Positions 1-207 of a stretch of DNA of 207 bases are shown here, piece after piece. Below the pieces are notes generated by a model. It saw only the letters and a list, made by a program, of their open reading frames with translations, did not search any database and was not told the origin of the DNA. Numbering within the stretch: the first letter of the stretch is position 1; each line of letters begins with the position of its first letter. Source of the DNA: Escherichia coli (GTDB lineage: Bacteria; Pseudomonadota; Gammaproteobacteria; Enterobacterales; Enterobacteriaceae); the NCBI RefSeq assembly GCF_003334335.1, contig NZ_QOWQ01000244.1. One strand, 5' to 3'. A program made the translations under genes and the position numbers.

Positions 1-135
1 GCTGGCTCCAAGTGAAAACAGCATCGTGGTGGCAGAAAAACCACCGGCTGCCAGGGCTGAACCCCATAACGCCATCGAGGCTCCGGCCGTGATGAACGAC
101 CCCACGATGGCCGCCGCCCCCAGCACAATCTGCAG
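1..135 (-). other. Predicted membrane-embedded region of the encoded protein (window residues 25-69); about two helix-lengths, possibly a helical hairpin or a helix plus re-entrant segment
   Basis: 45 consecutive residues without D/E/K/R/H: LQIVLGAAAIVGSFITAGASMALWGSALAAGGFSATTMLFSLGAS. Small-residue motifs recur (GAAAIVG, AGASMALWG, AAGGF), and W-G-S at residues 48-50 is a possible turn or interface. Helix boundaries are not computed; this is by-eye hydropathy. Confidence 0.5.
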
Positions 136-207
136 TCCGCCCTTTCCGGCACCGGCCAGTCGCGGCACAATGTGGATGACCGTTCCCTCACCCAGCTGTT
201 CGTGAAG
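1..207 (-). CDS. Partial CDS (internal fragment, truncated at both window edges) encoding an integral membrane protein, probably a transporter/permease; family not resolved
   Basis: Seen in sequence: minus-strand frame (first codon at + 205-207, last at + 1-3) is open for all 69 codons. Translation: LHEQLGEGTVIHIVPRLAGAGKGGLQIVLGAAAIVGSFITAGASMALWGSALAAGGFSATTMLFSLGAS. Residues 25-69 contain no charged residue and are dominated by small and aliphatic residues. Codon usage looks genuine: Leu is CTG in 6 of 9 codons, Ala is GCC in 9 of 13, and third-position GC is about 67% (46/69). The two in-frame Met codons (+ 73-75 and + 22-24) sit inside the hydrophobic stretch and are not plausible starts. 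Inference: membrane protein, likely a transporter, from composition only. Confidence 0.75.
136..207 (-). other. Polar, glycine-rich extramembrane loop of the encoded protein (window residues 1-24)
   Basis: Translation LHEQLGEGTVIHIVPRLAGAGKGG carries all the charged residues in the window (H, E, E, H, R, K) and a Gly-rich stretch, AGAGKGG, immediately before the hydrophobic region. This is consistent with a loop connecting transmembrane helices; which side of the membrane it faces cannot be determined here. Confidence 0.4.

Noticed and set aside
27-46. Possible small hairpin: ggtgg (28-32) pairing with ccacc (41-45) around an 8-nt A-rich loop (cagaaaaa).
   Set aside because: Only a 5-bp stem (6 with a G-U wobble). 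The T-run on the minus strand falls in the loop rather than after the stem, so it is not an intrinsic terminator, and it is fully intragenic. More simply explained as the coding sequence for GGFSATT.
22-109. 8-bp inverted repeat, catcgtgg at 22-29 and ccacgatg at 102-109, separated by 72 bp.
   Set aside because: A single 8-mer inverted match is about what chance gives in a 207-bp GC-rich window (expected number of order 0.3). It does not extend at either end, lies inside the coding region, and has no flanking features suggesting terminal inverted repeats or an operator.
110-118. Three tandem GCC triplets (gccgccgcc), encoding Ala-Ala within GAAA on the minus strand.
   Set aside because: Three units is too short for a slipped-strand phase-variation tract, and a triplet repeat would preserve frame anyway. 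It simply reflects the Gly/Ala-rich membrane segment.
136-153. GAGKGG (minus strand) superficially resembling a nucleotide-binding P-loop.
   Set aside because: Walker A requires G-x(4)-G-K-[S/T]. Here the Lys is followed by Gly, and the residue five positions upstream of the G-K is Arg, not Gly. The motif also sits at the edge of a membrane segment, not in a soluble NTPase fold.
2-205. Plus-strand ORF in frame 2 (codons from + 2-4), open for 67 codons and ending at TGA 203-205, with internal ATG codons at 92-94, 107-109, 170-172 and 176-178.
   Set aside because: Its third codon positions fall on the same nucleotides as the wobble positions of the minus-strand gene, the arrangement in which antisense frames of GC-rich genes commonly stay open. 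The translation (LAPSENSIVVAEKPPAARAEPHNAIEAPAVMNDPTMAAAPSTICSPPFPAPASRGTMWMTVPSPSCS) is Pro/Ala/Ser-rich and low-complexity, with no start codon preceded by a recognisable ribosome-binding site. Most likely a shadow ORF.
1-206. Minus-strand frame 2 is also free of stop codons across the window.
   Set aside because: Its translation is dominated by Trp, Arg, Cys and Pro (for example FTNSWVRERSSTLCRDWPVPERADCRLCWGRRPSWGRSSRPEPRWRYGVQPWQPVVFLPPRCCFHLEP), a composition typical of an off-frame reading of a GC-rich gene rather than a real protein.

Overview
207-bp window, GC about 63% (131/207 by hand count). The whole window appears to be an internal fragment of one protein-coding gene on the minus strand: the frame whose codons occupy + positions 205-207 down to 1-3 has no stop and no credible start, so the gene extends beyond both edges. 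Its translation (N->C) is LHEQLGEGTVIHIVPRLAGAGKGGLQIVLGAAAIVGSFITAGASMALWGSALAAGGFSATTMLFSLGAS: a short polar, glycine-rich segment followed by 45 consecutive uncharged residues rich in Gly/Ala/Ser/Leu/Ile/Val. That is the signature of a polytopic inner-membrane protein, most plausibly a transporter or permease. I cannot assign the family or a gene symbol from memory; a homology search is needed. Two other frames are also open across the window, but both are compositionally implausible and are treated as shadow frames of the real gene. I find no support for RNA genes, CRISPR repeats, mobile-element ends, promoters or terminators. Nothing in this window, taken alone, indicates a novel system; it is too short and entirely intragenic, so context must come from the flanking sequence.
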